A DNA stretch of 64,000 nucleotides from IMG/VR virus record IMGVR_UViG_3300044537_000257, positions 1-64,000 of that record; one strand, written 5' to 3'. The position numbers and the translations under genes were made by a program. Origin of the DNA: a virus (taxonomy: Duplodnaviria > Caudoviricetes). Shown here one piece after another: positions 16,565 through 25,898 of the stretch (positions within the stretch are counted from its first letter, which is position 1; each line of letters starts with the position of its first letter). The notes below the pieces were generated by a model that saw only the letters and a list, made by a program, of their open reading frames with translations, ran no database searches and was not told the DNA's origin.

Positions 16565-16639
16565 ATAAGTTAGTTTAAGGATGTCGTTAACCAAAATCTA
16601 AAAAAATTCAGTTCAATCGCAAGTCTTAAACTGATTTAT
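16565..16639 (+). ncRNA. Conserved structured RNA at the start of the late operon (copy 1)
   Basis: 16-bp outer stem; 48-nt core identical to 58777-58824. Confidence 0.6.
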
Positions 16640-16640
16640 T

Positions 16641-16670
16641 GGGAGCGCCCAGTATTGGGCGTTCCTTTTT
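16641..16670 (+). terminator. Intrinsic terminator after the late leader RNA
   Basis: GGGAGCGCCCA-gtat-TGGGCGTTCC-TTTTT. Confidence 0.75.
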
Positions 16671-16753
16671 GCGTACGTATGGCTACGTCTGTAGCACCGA
16701 GACAAAAATTTTCAGTGAATTAGAACATTGGTTGGCTGATAAGAAGAAACGTG

Positions 16754-16782
16754 AGCGTCGTGCTAAGAAGCATGGTGCTTTT
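16754..16782 (+). terminator. Second terminator-like hairpin
   Basis: AGCGTCGTGCT-aaga-AGCATGGTGCT-TTT (11 bp including G-U pairs). Confidence 0.5.
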
Positions 16783-16812
16783 AGTTTGGAGAAAAATAAG
16801 GAGGAATCAATT

Positions 16813-17082
16813 ATGGATTTTGGAGAAGCGCTTGAAGAATTAAAACGAGGTAATTGTGTTGCGCGTAAAGGTTGGAACGGCAAAGGCATCTTCATTAAAT
16901 TAAAAAAGGGAGAATCTTTGAACACTCCCAATAATCGTTTTAATGAGGTTATGACTCACGACTTCATTTATATTGACACGACTGGGCTACGCACGAACAA
17001 TCCGAATGCACCTATGGATCGAGTTCCATGGTTAGCTAGTCAAACTGACATGCTGGCTGATGACTGGGTCGTAGTCGAATAA
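16813..17082 (+). CDS. DUF2829 / Tad2-like cyclic-nucleotide sponge (anti-defence)
   Basis: MDFGEALEELKRGNCVARKGWNGKGIFI...PWLASQTDMLADDWVVV; GGAGG before ATG 16813. Confidence 0.8.
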   Translation: MDFGEALEELKRGNCVARKGWNGKGIFIKLKKGESLNTPNNRFNEVMTHDFIYIDTTGLRTNNPNAPMDRVPWLASQTDMLADDWVVVE

Positions 17083-17121
17083 CGATGACTAATTCCAATT
17101 AGACGGAGGTGTGGTGATTAT

Positions 17122-17916
17122 GTGATGACTAACGATAATCAGAAGAAAGCGGCTGTCGATTATGCTGCAGGGATGAAGTATAAGGATATTGCTGATAAGT
17201 ATGGTGTATCGCTCAACACGGTTAAGTCGTGGCGCAAGCGTAATGGTTGGTCGCGTGGTGCACCACCGATTAAAAAGGGTACACCCAAAAACAGTGAGAG
17301 GGTGCACCCTAAAAACGTGCCAAAGATTATCGAAGAATCGAATGCTACTGAAAAACAAAAGCTATTTGCACTGTATTATTTAGAACGATTCAACGGTACT
17401 TGGGCGTATATGAAGGCTTATAAAGTTGATGCGGACATAGCACGAGCAAGCGCCCCGCGATTGTTAGCAAATGTTAGCGTTAAGACTATGATTGATGAAC
17501 TCAAGAAAGAACAAGCGGCTGAGTTGCACATGACACAGCTAGATGTTCTTGCTGAGGCAGCCAAGCAAGTTAAGGCAGATATTGGGGATTATATCGAATT
17601 CGGTAGTGCTGACGAACCACTGGTTGATAAGCGCGGTCATAAAATTATTGATTCGAAAACAGGCAAGCAAAAGACCGCACACTTATCGCATGTTAATTTG
17701 CGCAATCAATCCCAAGTTGACACGTCCCTCCTTAAATCGGTGCACATTGGTCGAGATGGCGTCGTTGTTGAAATGTATGATAAACAAAAAGCAATGGAAA
17801 TGTTACTGCGGAATCTGCCTGAAACGATTGTTGATGATGGCAACGACGATGGGTTTATGGATGCGATGGATAAATTAGGTGATAAGGTCTGGGGTGATGA
17901 TGATGGTACAGACTAG
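17122..17916 (+). CDS. terS: Terminase small subunit A (HTH plus Terminase_2)
   Basis: [23 protein letters not shown]; [22 protein letters not shown]. Confidence 0.85.
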   Translation: MMTNDNQKKAAVDYAAGMKYKDIADKYGVSLNTVKSWRKRNGWSRGAPPIKKGTPKNSERVHPKNVPKIIEESNATEKQKLFALYYLERFNGTWAYMKAYKVDADIARASAPRLLANVSVKTMIDELKKEQAAELHMTQLDVLAEAAKQVKADIGDYIEFGSADEPLVDKRGHKIIDSKTGKQKTAHLSHVNLRNQSQVDTSLLKSVHIGRDGVVVEMYDKQKAMEMLLRNLPETIVDDGNDDGFMDAMDKLGDKVWGDDDGTD

Positions 17917-19186
17917 ACGACGCACAACTGTAACGTTTAAATTTGCACCCTTTTCGCGTAAACAGGCACAAGTCCTAACCTGGTGGCATCATCCCAAGAC
18001 ACGTAACTATAAGGCAATTGTCTGCGATGGTAGCGTTCGTGCTGGTAAGACGGTGATCATGTCACTTTCTTATGTGATGTGGTCAATGCAAGCTTATAAT
18101 GGACAACAATTTGGCATGGCCGGTAAAACGATTGGATCATTTCGGCGTAATGTCTTTAGACCACTTAAACAGATGCTGATAGGCCGCCATTATCAAGTGA
18201 TTGAGCACCGAACAGACAATATGTTTGAGGTTCGTAAGGGTAATAAAGCCAATTATTACTTTTATTTTGGCGGTAAAGATGAAGCATCCCAGGACCTTGT
18301 CCAAGGTGTTACACTTGCTGGCTTCTTTTTTGACGAAGTTGCGTTAATGCCCCAGTCATTTGTTAATCAGGCTACAGCACGTTGTTCTGTTGATGGCGCC
18401 AAGCTTTGGTTTAACTGCAACCCAGAGGGCCCTTACCATTGGTTTAAAGTTGACTGGCTAGACAAACTGGCTAAAAAGCATGCATTGCATATTCATTTTA
18501 CTATGGATGATAATCCATCCCTGTCGGACGAACGACGCGAGTATTATAGATCAATGTATACTGGCATTTTCTATTCACGCTTTATTTTAGGCCAATGGGT
18601 TTTATCTGATGGTATTGTTTACGATAACTTTGATAAGTCTAAAATGATTGTTCCAGGGCAACCCAGTCCAATAACTAAATACTATGTGTCATGTGATTAC
18701 GGCACACAAAACCCCACGGTATTCTTGCTGTGGGGTCTTTGTGCTGGCACATGGTACTGTTTAAAGGAGTATTACTATGATGGGCGCCATAGTACGCGGC
18801 AAAAGACTGATGATGAGTATGCAAGCGATTTGGACAATTTTGTTGGTGATATCCGTGCCAAGATAATCATTGATCCGTCTGCAGCATCATTTATCGCTAA
18901 GCTACGCTCTAAAGGCTATCAGATCATTAAGGCTGACAATGATGTTCTTAATGGTATCCGTGAGACGCAGACGGCGATGAACCTTGGCAAAATTAAGTTT
19001 GTTGATGGTTTAAACAGCCTATTTAAGGAATTTGCATCATACGTATGGGATGAAAAGGCGTCTCAGCGTGGTGAGGATAAAGTTGTGAAGGAGCATGATC
19101 ATGCTATGGACGCCATGCGTTATTTTGTGATGCAAGTTATTAAACAGCGCAATAAGGCACGATTGATCAAGAATACGTACTATTAG
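17879..19186 (+). CDS. terL: PBSX-family terminase large subunit A
   Basis: [36 protein letters not shown]. Confidence 0.95.
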   Translation: MIRSGVMMMVQTRRRTTVTFKFAPFSRKQAQVLTWWHHPKTRNYKAIVCDGSVRAGKTVIMSLSYVMWSMQAYNGQQFGMAGKTIGSFRRNVFRPLKQMLIGRHYQVIEHRTDNMFEVRKGNKANYYFYFGGKDEASQDLVQGVTLAGFFFDEVALMPQSFVNQATARCSVDGAKLWFNCNPEGPYHWFKVDWLDKLAKKHALHIHFTMDDNPSLSDERREYYRSMYTGIFYSRFILGQWVLSDGIVYDNFDKSKMIVPGQPSPITKYYVSCDYGTQNPTVFLLWGLCAGTWYCLKEYYYDGRHSTRQKTDDEYASDLDNFVGDIRAKIIIDPSAASFIAKLRSKGYQIIKADNDVLNGIRETQTAMNLGKIKFVDGLNSLFKEFASYVWDEKASQRGEDKVVKEHDHAMDAMRYFVMQVIKQRNKARLIKNTYY

Positions 19187-19197
19187 GAGGTGTTATT

Positions 19198-20628
19198 ATC
19201 CAAATTACAGGTACAGTACAAGGGGCTGGCTCAGTTGATGAGCGCGGACTATTCTTTTATCCAGCGGAAGTCGATTTAACCGAACAGGATTTAAAGAACT
19301 TTATTGATTTTCACAATGGCAGTATGACCAAAGAATACAAAACGAATTATAAATTTTACTCCGGCAATCATGATGTGTTACACGCAAAGCCACGTGGCGG
19401 CAACCGCCCAGACAACCATATTGTTTATAATCTATGTAACTACGCCGTTGATTCGTTCAATGGCTATTTTATTGGCATCCCGCCTAAAATTGGATTCGAC
19501 GATCAAAAGGCTAACGCTGAGTTGCAAAGCTGGCAGGACTTAAATTCGTTTCAGGATCAGCTATCTGAACTGAGTAAGCAAGCGGATATTTATGGACGTT
19601 CTTATTTGCTCGCTTATCAAGATGAGGATAGCCAGACACGGGTAGCAGTTGTCAACCCACAGCAGGCGTTTATGATTTACGATGACTCAATCCAGCACAA
19701 ACGGATCGCGTTCGTACGTTATTGGTTTAATGACGATCAGCAGGTGCAAGGTGATATCTACTTTAAAGATCAGTCATATCATTTTGGCAATGATGGTCAT
19801 TTTGGCGATGAGACACCTAATCTGTTTCATATGGTACCAGCGATTGAATTTGTCGAAAATGAGGATCGCCTTGGTATCGTAGGACAAATTGAATCGTTGA
19901 ATGATGCGCTTGATCGGGCCATGAGTCAAAAGGCTAATCAGAATGAATACTTTGACAATGCCTATATGCTTATCCGCGGTATGCAATTGCCGGAAGACGA
20001 AGAAACAGGCTTACCAAAGCTTAATTTAGATGGCAACCAGATTATTTATGCGCCAGATGCAACAGACGGGGATGCGAGTTTCCTGACTAAGCCCGATGGC
20101 GATCAGATGCAAGAAAATCACATTAATCGATTGATTGATTCCATTTTTCAGGTGGCTAAGGTTGCCAACTTGAAAGATGAGTCGTTTGCCGGCGATAGTT
20201 CTGGTATCGCGATCAAGTACAAACTGCTGCCGATGCAGAACGCGGCTGTTAATAAAGAGCGCAAGTTTACGCAAGCGTTACGACAGTTTTATGAGATCGT
20301 CTTTGCTATCGCGTCTCCACAGCTCAACATTAAAGACTTATCCTTTAAATTTACCCGAAACTTACCCGTCAATTTAGCCGACGAAGCAGATACTGCTGGT
20401 AAACTAGCCGGCATTGTTAGCCAAGAAACGCAGCTTAAAACTTTATCAGTTGTTGATGATCCACAAGCTGAGATTAAAAAAATGGATAAGGAAAATCAAG
20501 CTAAAGTAAAAGCGGCTATGTCAGCCAGCCTGACCGACTATGAAGGGAGCAAATCAGATGAGCAAGAAAAGCAAGTTGACAGCAATCAGCGACAAGCACC
20601 AAGAAAAGGGTCGAGCACTGACCGTTGA
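19198..20628 (+). CDS. SPP1-family portal protein, probably initiating at ATC/ATT (19195-19200)
   Basis: Portal motifs; 42 open codons upstream of ATG 19324 conserved synonymously in copy 2; AGGAGG at 19185-19190. Confidence 0.9.
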   Translation: MQITGTVQGAGSVDERGLFFYPAEVDLTEQDLKNFIDFHNGSMTKEYKTNYKFYSGNHDVLHAKPRGGNRPDNHIVYNLCNYAVDSFNGYFIGIPPKIGFDDQKANAELQSWQDLNSFQDQLSELSKQADIYGRSYLLAYQDEDSQTRVAVVNPQQAFMIYDDSIQHKRIAFVRYWFNDDQQVQGDIYFKDQSYHFGNDGHFGDETPNLFHMVPAIEFVENEDRLGIVGQIESLNDALDRAMSQKANQNEYFDNAYMLIRGMQLPEDEETGLPKLNLDGNQIIYAPDATDGDASFLTKPDGDQMQENHINRLIDSIFQVAKVANLKDESFAGDSSGIAIKYKLLPMQNAAVNKERKFTQALRQFYEIVFAIASPQLNIKDLSFKFTRNLPVNLADEADTAGKLAGIVSQETQLKTLSVVDDPQAEIKKMDKENQAKVKAAMSASLTDYEGSKSDEQEKQVDSNQRQAPRKGSSTDR

Positions 20629-20827
20629 TGATGTGATCAGTGATCTGATCCAGGCCAGAAATGATGGCCACCTAGAAGGAATTGCCGTTGTCTGTCAATA
20701 TGTTAATGGTGATGATAATACCGTTAGTTTTGGCGGGTGGGCAACTAATGCCGACTCTAAGATCACTACTTTTAGCCTGATGGGTGGTGTCTCGCAGGCA
20801 TTACATGACATTGCAGGAAGTAACTAA
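20559..20827 (+). CDS. Hypothetical protein between portal and MuF (absent in B)
   Basis: 89 aa from MSKKSK, RBS AAGGGAG. Confidence 0.6.
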
Positions 20828-20829
20828 TT

Positions 20830-22545
20830 ATGGCACGTAGCTACTGGGAAGAACGCGAGCATCAAGAACAGAGCTGGATAAGCCGCAATATGCGTAATGA
20901 TGCCGATTTAAATAAACAATTGCAACAAATGTATGCTGACTCACTAAACGATATTAACAGTCAAATTGATCAGTTTTATATGCGTTATGCCGGTGCTAAC
21001 GGCATAACAAAGCAAGAAGCAATGAAGCGTGTGGCTGCTGAGGATGTGCAAGCTTTTAGTAAGAAAGCCAAGAAGCTTGTAGCATTTAAAGACTTTTCCA
21101 AGGAAGCTAACGAGCAGCTCAAGCTTTACAATGCTACTATGCGGATCAACCGACTTGAAATGCTTAAGTCTCAAGTTGGCGAACAGCTGATTGCACTTGG
21201 AAATGAGCAGCAAGCTGTTCTACAGAAAAAGTTTACCGCTGATTATTTGGACGAGATCAAGCGACAAGCTGGGATTCTTGGGCAAGACCGCAATGAAGAT
21301 TTAGTCGGCCGAGTTAATGCAGTCGTTAATGGGTCATGGCAAAAAGCAACTTGGTCTAGCCGTTTATGGGACAGTATGGCTGAATTACAAGCAACGATCG
21401 GTATTCAACTTAATCGTTTTATGGTGCAAGGACTAAATCCACGTGTTATTGCACGGCAGTTAAAGCCACTACTTAGTGAGACGGTACAGAACCGTACCGC
21501 CATTGCCGAGCGATTGGCAAGAACAGAGTCGGCTAGGGTGCAGGACGCTGCCAGCATGGCTATGTTTAAAAAGTACGGCGTTAAACAAGTCAAATGGGTT
21601 GCTGAGCCTAGCGCTTGTAAGCAATGCCGTGATATCTCTAGTTATAACCATGGCATTTATCAGCTTGATGATGTACCGATGATTCCAGCGCATCCGAATT
21701 GCCGTTGTGCTAAAGCAGCATACACAGCCAATGTTGATTTAACTGGCGAAAAGTCAGAAAGTAATGAACTTGTTAATGAGTTAAAGCAATCAAATTTATT
21801 TGATATGTATGGGAAAACACTGGGGAATAAAGCTGTTGATAAATTAGCAGGAGCACCGGATATTATTAAAAGACAGTATGAAACTCAAGGTAAGAACCTT
21901 TACTACACTACTAAAGATGCAAGTAAGCCGTGGACTAATGCAAACGGCATTCATATGACTTCTAAGCAATTTACTGCTGAACACCAAGAAGAAATGCAGC
22001 AGTTCTTCCATGAAACGGCGCATTATTTGGATTCAAAACCGTCTAAAATTGGAGCTTTACAGCCAAGTAGAACGGTTGAATTAAAAGAAACGCTACAAAA
22101 CGATTTTCATAAATACGTTTATGGTGATTTACCAACTCTGGAAGGATTAGGCAAACGGCCAAGAAAAAATTCAAAGAATTATGCAGAATGGGTACAGAAA
22201 AAGGATGATTGGTATTCTGCTACACAAGAAGCTGAAAAAGCATTTGAGTTTAAAATTGCTGAATGGAAAAAACTGGATTCTAAAATTACATCTGATTTAT
22301 CAGACATGATTGAAGCGGTGGATCCAATTAAATATAACAAGCCAATGAAATCTGGTCATGGGTATTCTTATTGGCAGACAGCCGGAAATCAAGAAATGGA
22401 ATTTTTTGCTGAATTGAGTTCTGAGCTAGTGGCAAACCCAGAAGCGCTTAAGCTTACTAAAGAAGTTTTCCCGAACGCAGTTAAAAAGTATGAAGAGATT
22501 GCAGCAAAAATTATTTCTAGAACCGATTTAAAACACGTTGATTGA
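20830..22545 (+). CDS. Minor capsid protein MuF/SPP1-gp7 with C-terminal metallopeptidase toxin-like domain
   Basis: RLARTESARVQ...PAHPNCRC MuF core, then FFHETAHYLD (HExxH)...EFFAEL. Confidence 0.85.
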   Translation: MARSYWEEREHQEQSWISRNMRNDADLNKQLQQMYADSLNDINSQIDQFYMRYAGANGITKQEAMKRVAAEDVQAFSKKAKKLVAFKDFSKEANEQLKLYNATMRINRLEMLKSQVGEQLIALGNEQQAVLQKKFTADYLDEIKRQAGILGQDRNEDLVGRVNAVVNGSWQKATWSSRLWDSMAELQATIGIQLNRFMVQGLNPRVIARQLKPLLSETVQNRTAIAERLARTESARVQDAASMAMFKKYGVKQVKWVAEPSACKQCRDISSYNHGIYQLDDVPMIPAHPNCRCAKAAYTANVDLTGEKSESNELVNELKQSNLFDMYGKTLGNKAVDKLAGAPDIIKRQYETQGKNLYYTTKDASKPWTNANGIHMTSKQFTAEHQEEMQQFFHETAHYLDSKPSKIGALQPSRTVELKETLQNDFHKYVYGDLPTLEGLGKRPRKNSKNYAEWVQKKDDWYSATQEAEKAFEFKIAEWKKLDSKITSDLSDMIEAVDPIKYNKPMKSGHGYSYWQTAGNQEMEFFAELSSELVANPEALKLTKEVFPNAVKKYEEIAAKIISRTDLKHVD

Positions 22546-22548
22546 TCG

Positions 22549-22573
22549 AGCGATGAAGTTCATCGCTATTTTT
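22549..22573 (+). terminator. Hairpin after MuF
   Basis: AGCGATG-aagtt-CATCGCT-ATTTTT. Confidence 0.55.
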
Positions 22574-22649
22574 ACGCCCTTTTTCCCGTGCTGCAGGGCT
22601 AAAAGAACGACCGGAGATTGTCTCCCTAGACGTTAAACTGGAGGGCCTT

Positions 22650-23258
22650 ATGGCAGATGTAGTAGACGAAAAGAAGGATCAAGTCCAAAAGCCAGCTGAA
22701 AATGAAGAAAATAACAATGAATCCACTGAAAATACTGATAATGCGCAGTCAGATGATAACAAAGCGGATAAAATTGTTGAAAAACTTCAAAAGCGGATTG
22801 GCGAAGAACAAGCTAAGAAAAATGAGTATAAGGATCAACTTGATGATGCGTTAAAACGAATTGCCAGATTAGAAAAGGGTGAAGACCCTGACAAACCAGC
22901 ACCAAAGGACGAAAAAGATGAACGAATTGCGGCCCTTGAAGCACAGATCAAGCGTCGTGATATCACTGAACAAGCCCGAGATGTGCTAGTCAGCAGTGGG
23001 ATGAACGTGCCATCTGATGTGTTAGACCGGCTGGTGTCGGATGACAACAAGGCAACGCTGGCCAACGTTAAATCTTTTGTGACTTATATCCAATTGGTGC
23101 GTGAAGATGCACGCAAAGAACTCTTAGCTGGAACCACGCCGAAGGATGCACCAACCGGCGGTACCACGAAGAAGTTAAAGGATATGTCTTTAGCTGAGCG
23201 TAGTCAGTTAGCATCCGAGGATATGACGCTTTATCAACAATTGCGCCAACAAAAATAG
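22650..23258 (+). CDS. Capsid scaffolding protein (DUF4355-like)
   Basis: Acidic N-terminus, coiled coil, ELLAGTTPK. Confidence 0.8.
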   Translation: MADVVDEKKDQVQKPAENEENNNESTENTDNAQSDDNKADKIVEKLQKRIGEEQAKKNEYKDQLDDALKRIARLEKGEDPDKPAPKDEKDERIAALEAQIKRRDITEQARDVLVSSGMNVPSDVLDRLVSDDNKATLANVKSFVTYIQLVREDARKELLAGTTPKDAPTGGTTKKLKDMSLAERSQLASEDMTLYQQLRQQK

Positions 23259-23274
23259 AAAGAAGGAAACTTAA

Positions 23275-24288
23275 ATGCCAGAATTTACTGGAGCAACCGA
23301 CAAATCGAAATTAATTGAACCCGTCGTATTTGCTGATTATATTATCGAAAAATCTACCGCCACTAATCGCTTATTAACTAGTGGTATTTTAACCAACGAC
23401 CCATTGATTCAAGCACAATTATTACAAGGTGGAACGTTTATTACGATTCCCGCTATGATGCCACTCGGCGCCGATGTCCAAACGTGGAATGACAGCAAAG
23501 ATATTGCAGTTAACGACTTGACGACTGAAAGCTCTAACGCAATTAAGATGTACCAAGCACAGGCTTTCGGCTACACTGATTTCGGTGCGTTAACGACGGG
23601 ATCACCGGTGGCAGAAGCCATCGCTGGACAGTTCAGTACCTACTGGAACATTCAAGATAACAAGTTGATCATTGCCGTATTAGCTAACGCATTTAAAAAT
23701 GCTGATTTACTAACGGCTAAATCCTATGGTACAGCAACACCTGTTGAATTAAAGGCTGGCGATTTCTTGGCTGCAATCTCGCGTATGGGAGATGTAGCGT
23801 CACCGACATTAGTTAAATTAATCGTTAACTCAGCAACTTTAGGTGCAATGCGTGAGCAGAACTTGATCGATGATATTCAACCATCTACAGGTGGTGCGCC
23901 AATTTCGACTTACAACAACATGCAAATTATTACCGATGATGCAATTCCGCTGGCAGATGATGGCACAACTGATGCTTATATTACCGCTAACGGCGCAATT
24001 GCCTATGGCTTAGCGTCACCAGCTAATGCAGTTGAAACAAAACGTGATGCGCTAGGTAATGGCGGTCAAAACGCAGTCATCAACCGCCGTGTATTGTCCA
24101 TGCAAGTTAAAGGGACCGGCTTTACGGATACAACTAAAGCAGCAAACGTTGGTATCAACACTTATAATGAATCTTCCACGTCATTATTTAGCATTGTCGG
24201 TGATCCACGGAATATTGGGGTTGTCGATTATCGCTTTAAAATTGATCCTAAGTTTGTAGTTGGTGGCATCAACAGCCCAAAAGCGTAA
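23275..24288 (+). CDS. Major capsid protein
   Basis: 337 aa after the scaffold; paralog starts at 63629. Confidence 0.9.
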   Translation: MPEFTGATDKSKLIEPVVFADYIIEKSTATNRLLTSGILTNDPLIQAQLLQGGTFITIPAMMPLGADVQTWNDSKDIAVNDLTTESSNAIKMYQAQAFGYTDFGALTTGSPVAEAIAGQFSTYWNIQDNKLIIAVLANAFKNADLLTAKSYGTATPVELKAGDFLAAISRMGDVASPTLVKLIVNSATLGAMREQNLIDDIQPSTGGAPISTYNNMQIITDDAIPLADDGTTDAYITANGAIAYGLASPANAVETKRDALGNGGQNAVINRRVLSMQVKGTGFTDTTKAANVGINTYNESSTSLFSIVGDPRNIGVVDYRFKIDPKFVVGGINSPKA

Positions 24289-24455
24289 CGCCACCGGCTG
24301 ATGGTGGCGCCACAAACTTTGATCCAGCCGGAGAAACAAAACCGACTGACGCTAATACTGTCGCTGAGATTACCGCCTGGTTAGACGCTCATGGTATTGA
24401 TCATACGGGTAAGACGACTAAGGCGGATTTACTAGCCCTAGTGCCAGCTAAATAG
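24276..24455 (+). CDS. -1 frameshift extension of the capsid (57 aa, HeH/LEM-like)
   Basis: C CCA AAA slippery site at 24276-24282, 6-nt spacer, hairpin CGCCACC/GGTGGCG; -1 frame open to TAG 24455. Confidence 0.8.
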   Translation, partial: PKSVTPPADGGATNFDPAGETKPTDANTVAEITAWLDAHGIDHTGKTTKADLLALVPAK

Positions 24456-24466
24456 GTGGTGATTGC

Positions 24467-24832
24467 ATGGATTATGTAACTGAGATTAGACCGTTATTAA
24501 TGCTTGATGATGCGGTGTTTAACGCTCAAGAAGAGACTATCAATAAGATCACATCTAACTCGGCAGCACGATTATTGATTAAGCTCAAGGGGGTCGCAAA
24601 AGCGGTACCTGATGAACTTGGTTACATTGTACTAGAAGTATCCATTAAGCGATTTAACCGGCTTAAAAACGAGGGCATGGCGTCCTATGGTCAAGAGGGC
24701 GAATCGATCACTTATAGTGATGATGACTTTGCCGAATTTGCCGATGACATTGCTGACTGGATCAATGCTAACGATGATCAGCGCAATAAGTCTGGTGTTC
24801 GTTTTATCAGTGGATACGGGGGTGGTAGCTGA
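24467..24832 (+). CDS. Head-tail connector (SPP1 gp15-like)
   Basis: IVLEVSIKRFNRLKNEGMASYGQEGESITY. Confidence 0.85.
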   Translation: MDYVTEIRPLLMLDDAVFNAQEETINKITSNSAARLLIKLKGVAKAVPDELGYIVLEVSIKRFNRLKNEGMASYGQEGESITYSDDDFAEFADDIADWINANDDQRNKSGVRFISGYGGGS

Positions 24833-25146
24833 TGCGCTACGACGCACTAGTCACCTTTGTCCATGAAGGTGCCGGCAACGTTTATAATCCGGTCACAGGC
24901 GAGTATGACGAAGATAAAACTTCATTTACCCGTTTGGCTAATGTGACTGATGTGGGTACTAGCCGCGCTATGGAGCTGTTTGGCGATCTGGACACGTCCA
25001 ACAAAGTTTTGCGCTTTGCTAACGGCGTAAAGTTGGCTGATTGGACGTATTTAACACTACCTGACAGTGATGCGCATTATGTAAAAGTAACGACACGGAA
25101 GCCACTTAAAAGCAATACTTTGATTGTAGGTGAGAGTCATGGCTAA
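24832..25146 (+). CDS. Head closure/stopper protein
   Basis: Position; MRYDALVTF...YNPVTGEY. Confidence 0.65.
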   Translation: MRYDALVTFVHEGAGNVYNPVTGEYDEDKTSFTRLANVTDVGTSRAMELFGDLDTSNKVLRFANGVKLADWTYLTLPDSDAHYVKVTTRKPLKSNTLIVGESHG

Positions 25147-25486
25147 GATGAAAATTTTAGGCTCAAAGGAATTAGCACGTGGGCTTGAAAAGCGGATTGG
25201 CATGGACGGCATTAAAAAGCTGGTCACAGCTAAAACGACACAGCTACACGGTGTCGCCGTGCAAAAAGCACAGTACACCAAAGGCTACTCCACAGGTGCA
25301 ACACGCCGCTCGATAGGCATGCAGATCTATGACGGTGGTTTGACGGGTGAAGTTGGTATGGGGAAAGATTATGATCCGTATCTTGAAAAAGGAACTCGGT
25401 TTATGGAAGCTCAGCCGGCACTAAAACCAGCTTATAATCAAGTTAAAGGTGCTTATATTCGGGAAATCCGTAACATTATGAAGTGA
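25130..25486 (+). CDS. HK97 gp10-like neck protein
   Basis: TGATRRSI...YLEKGTRFMEAQPALKPA. Confidence 0.85.
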   Translation: MRVMAKMKILGSKELARGLEKRIGMDGIKKLVTAKTTQLHGVAVQKAQYTKGYSTGATRRSIGMQIYDGGLTGEVGMGKDYDPYLEKGTRFMEAQPALKPAYNQVKGAYIREIRNIMK

Positions 25487-25487
25487 G

Positions 25488-25886
25488 GTGTCTGCTATTA
25501 AGTCAATTGATCAAGACCTTTTCGACACGTTATATGCGCTATCTCAGTCTTTAAATTACAAAACTTATGATGTGCGGCCACCTGAAAGTGCTGTTTATCC
25601 GTTTGTACAAATTGGCGACGTGCAACTCGTACCACGAGCGGCTGGTGATCGATTAGTTGGATCATTATTTACCACAATCGAATTATTCGGCTGTAGGAAG
25701 CAACGAAAGCTTTTGTCGGAAATGACGGAAGCTATTTTTATGCGCTCAATTAATTTGAGACGCACAACGAGTTACGGTATCGCTGCTAACGTCAAGGGAT
25801 GCTCAAAGCAAATGATAAAGGACACCTCAGTGCCGAATACAACATTATGGCATAGCATCATCGAATTAGAATACAGAATTTTATAA
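25488..25886 (+). CDS. Tail completion/terminator protein
   Basis: YDVRPPESAVYPFVQIG; position before the MTP. Confidence 0.7.
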   Translation: MSAIKSIDQDLFDTLYALSQSLNYKTYDVRPPESAVYPFVQIGDVQLVPRAAGDRLVGSLFTTIELFGCRKQRKLLSEMTEAIFMRSINLRRTTSYGIAANVKGCSKQMIKDTSVPNTTLWHSIIELEYRIL

Positions 25887-25898
25887 GGAGGGCTATAA

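Noticed and set aside
16581-16601. Peptide MSLTKI* inside the conserved late hairpin
   Set aside because: AAGG abuts the ATG with no spacing; the covarying stem is a better explanation, though translation is not excluded
16639-16812. N-terminal extension of DUF2829 in the ORF track
   Set aside because: It runs through two terminators; a strong RBS precedes ATG 16813
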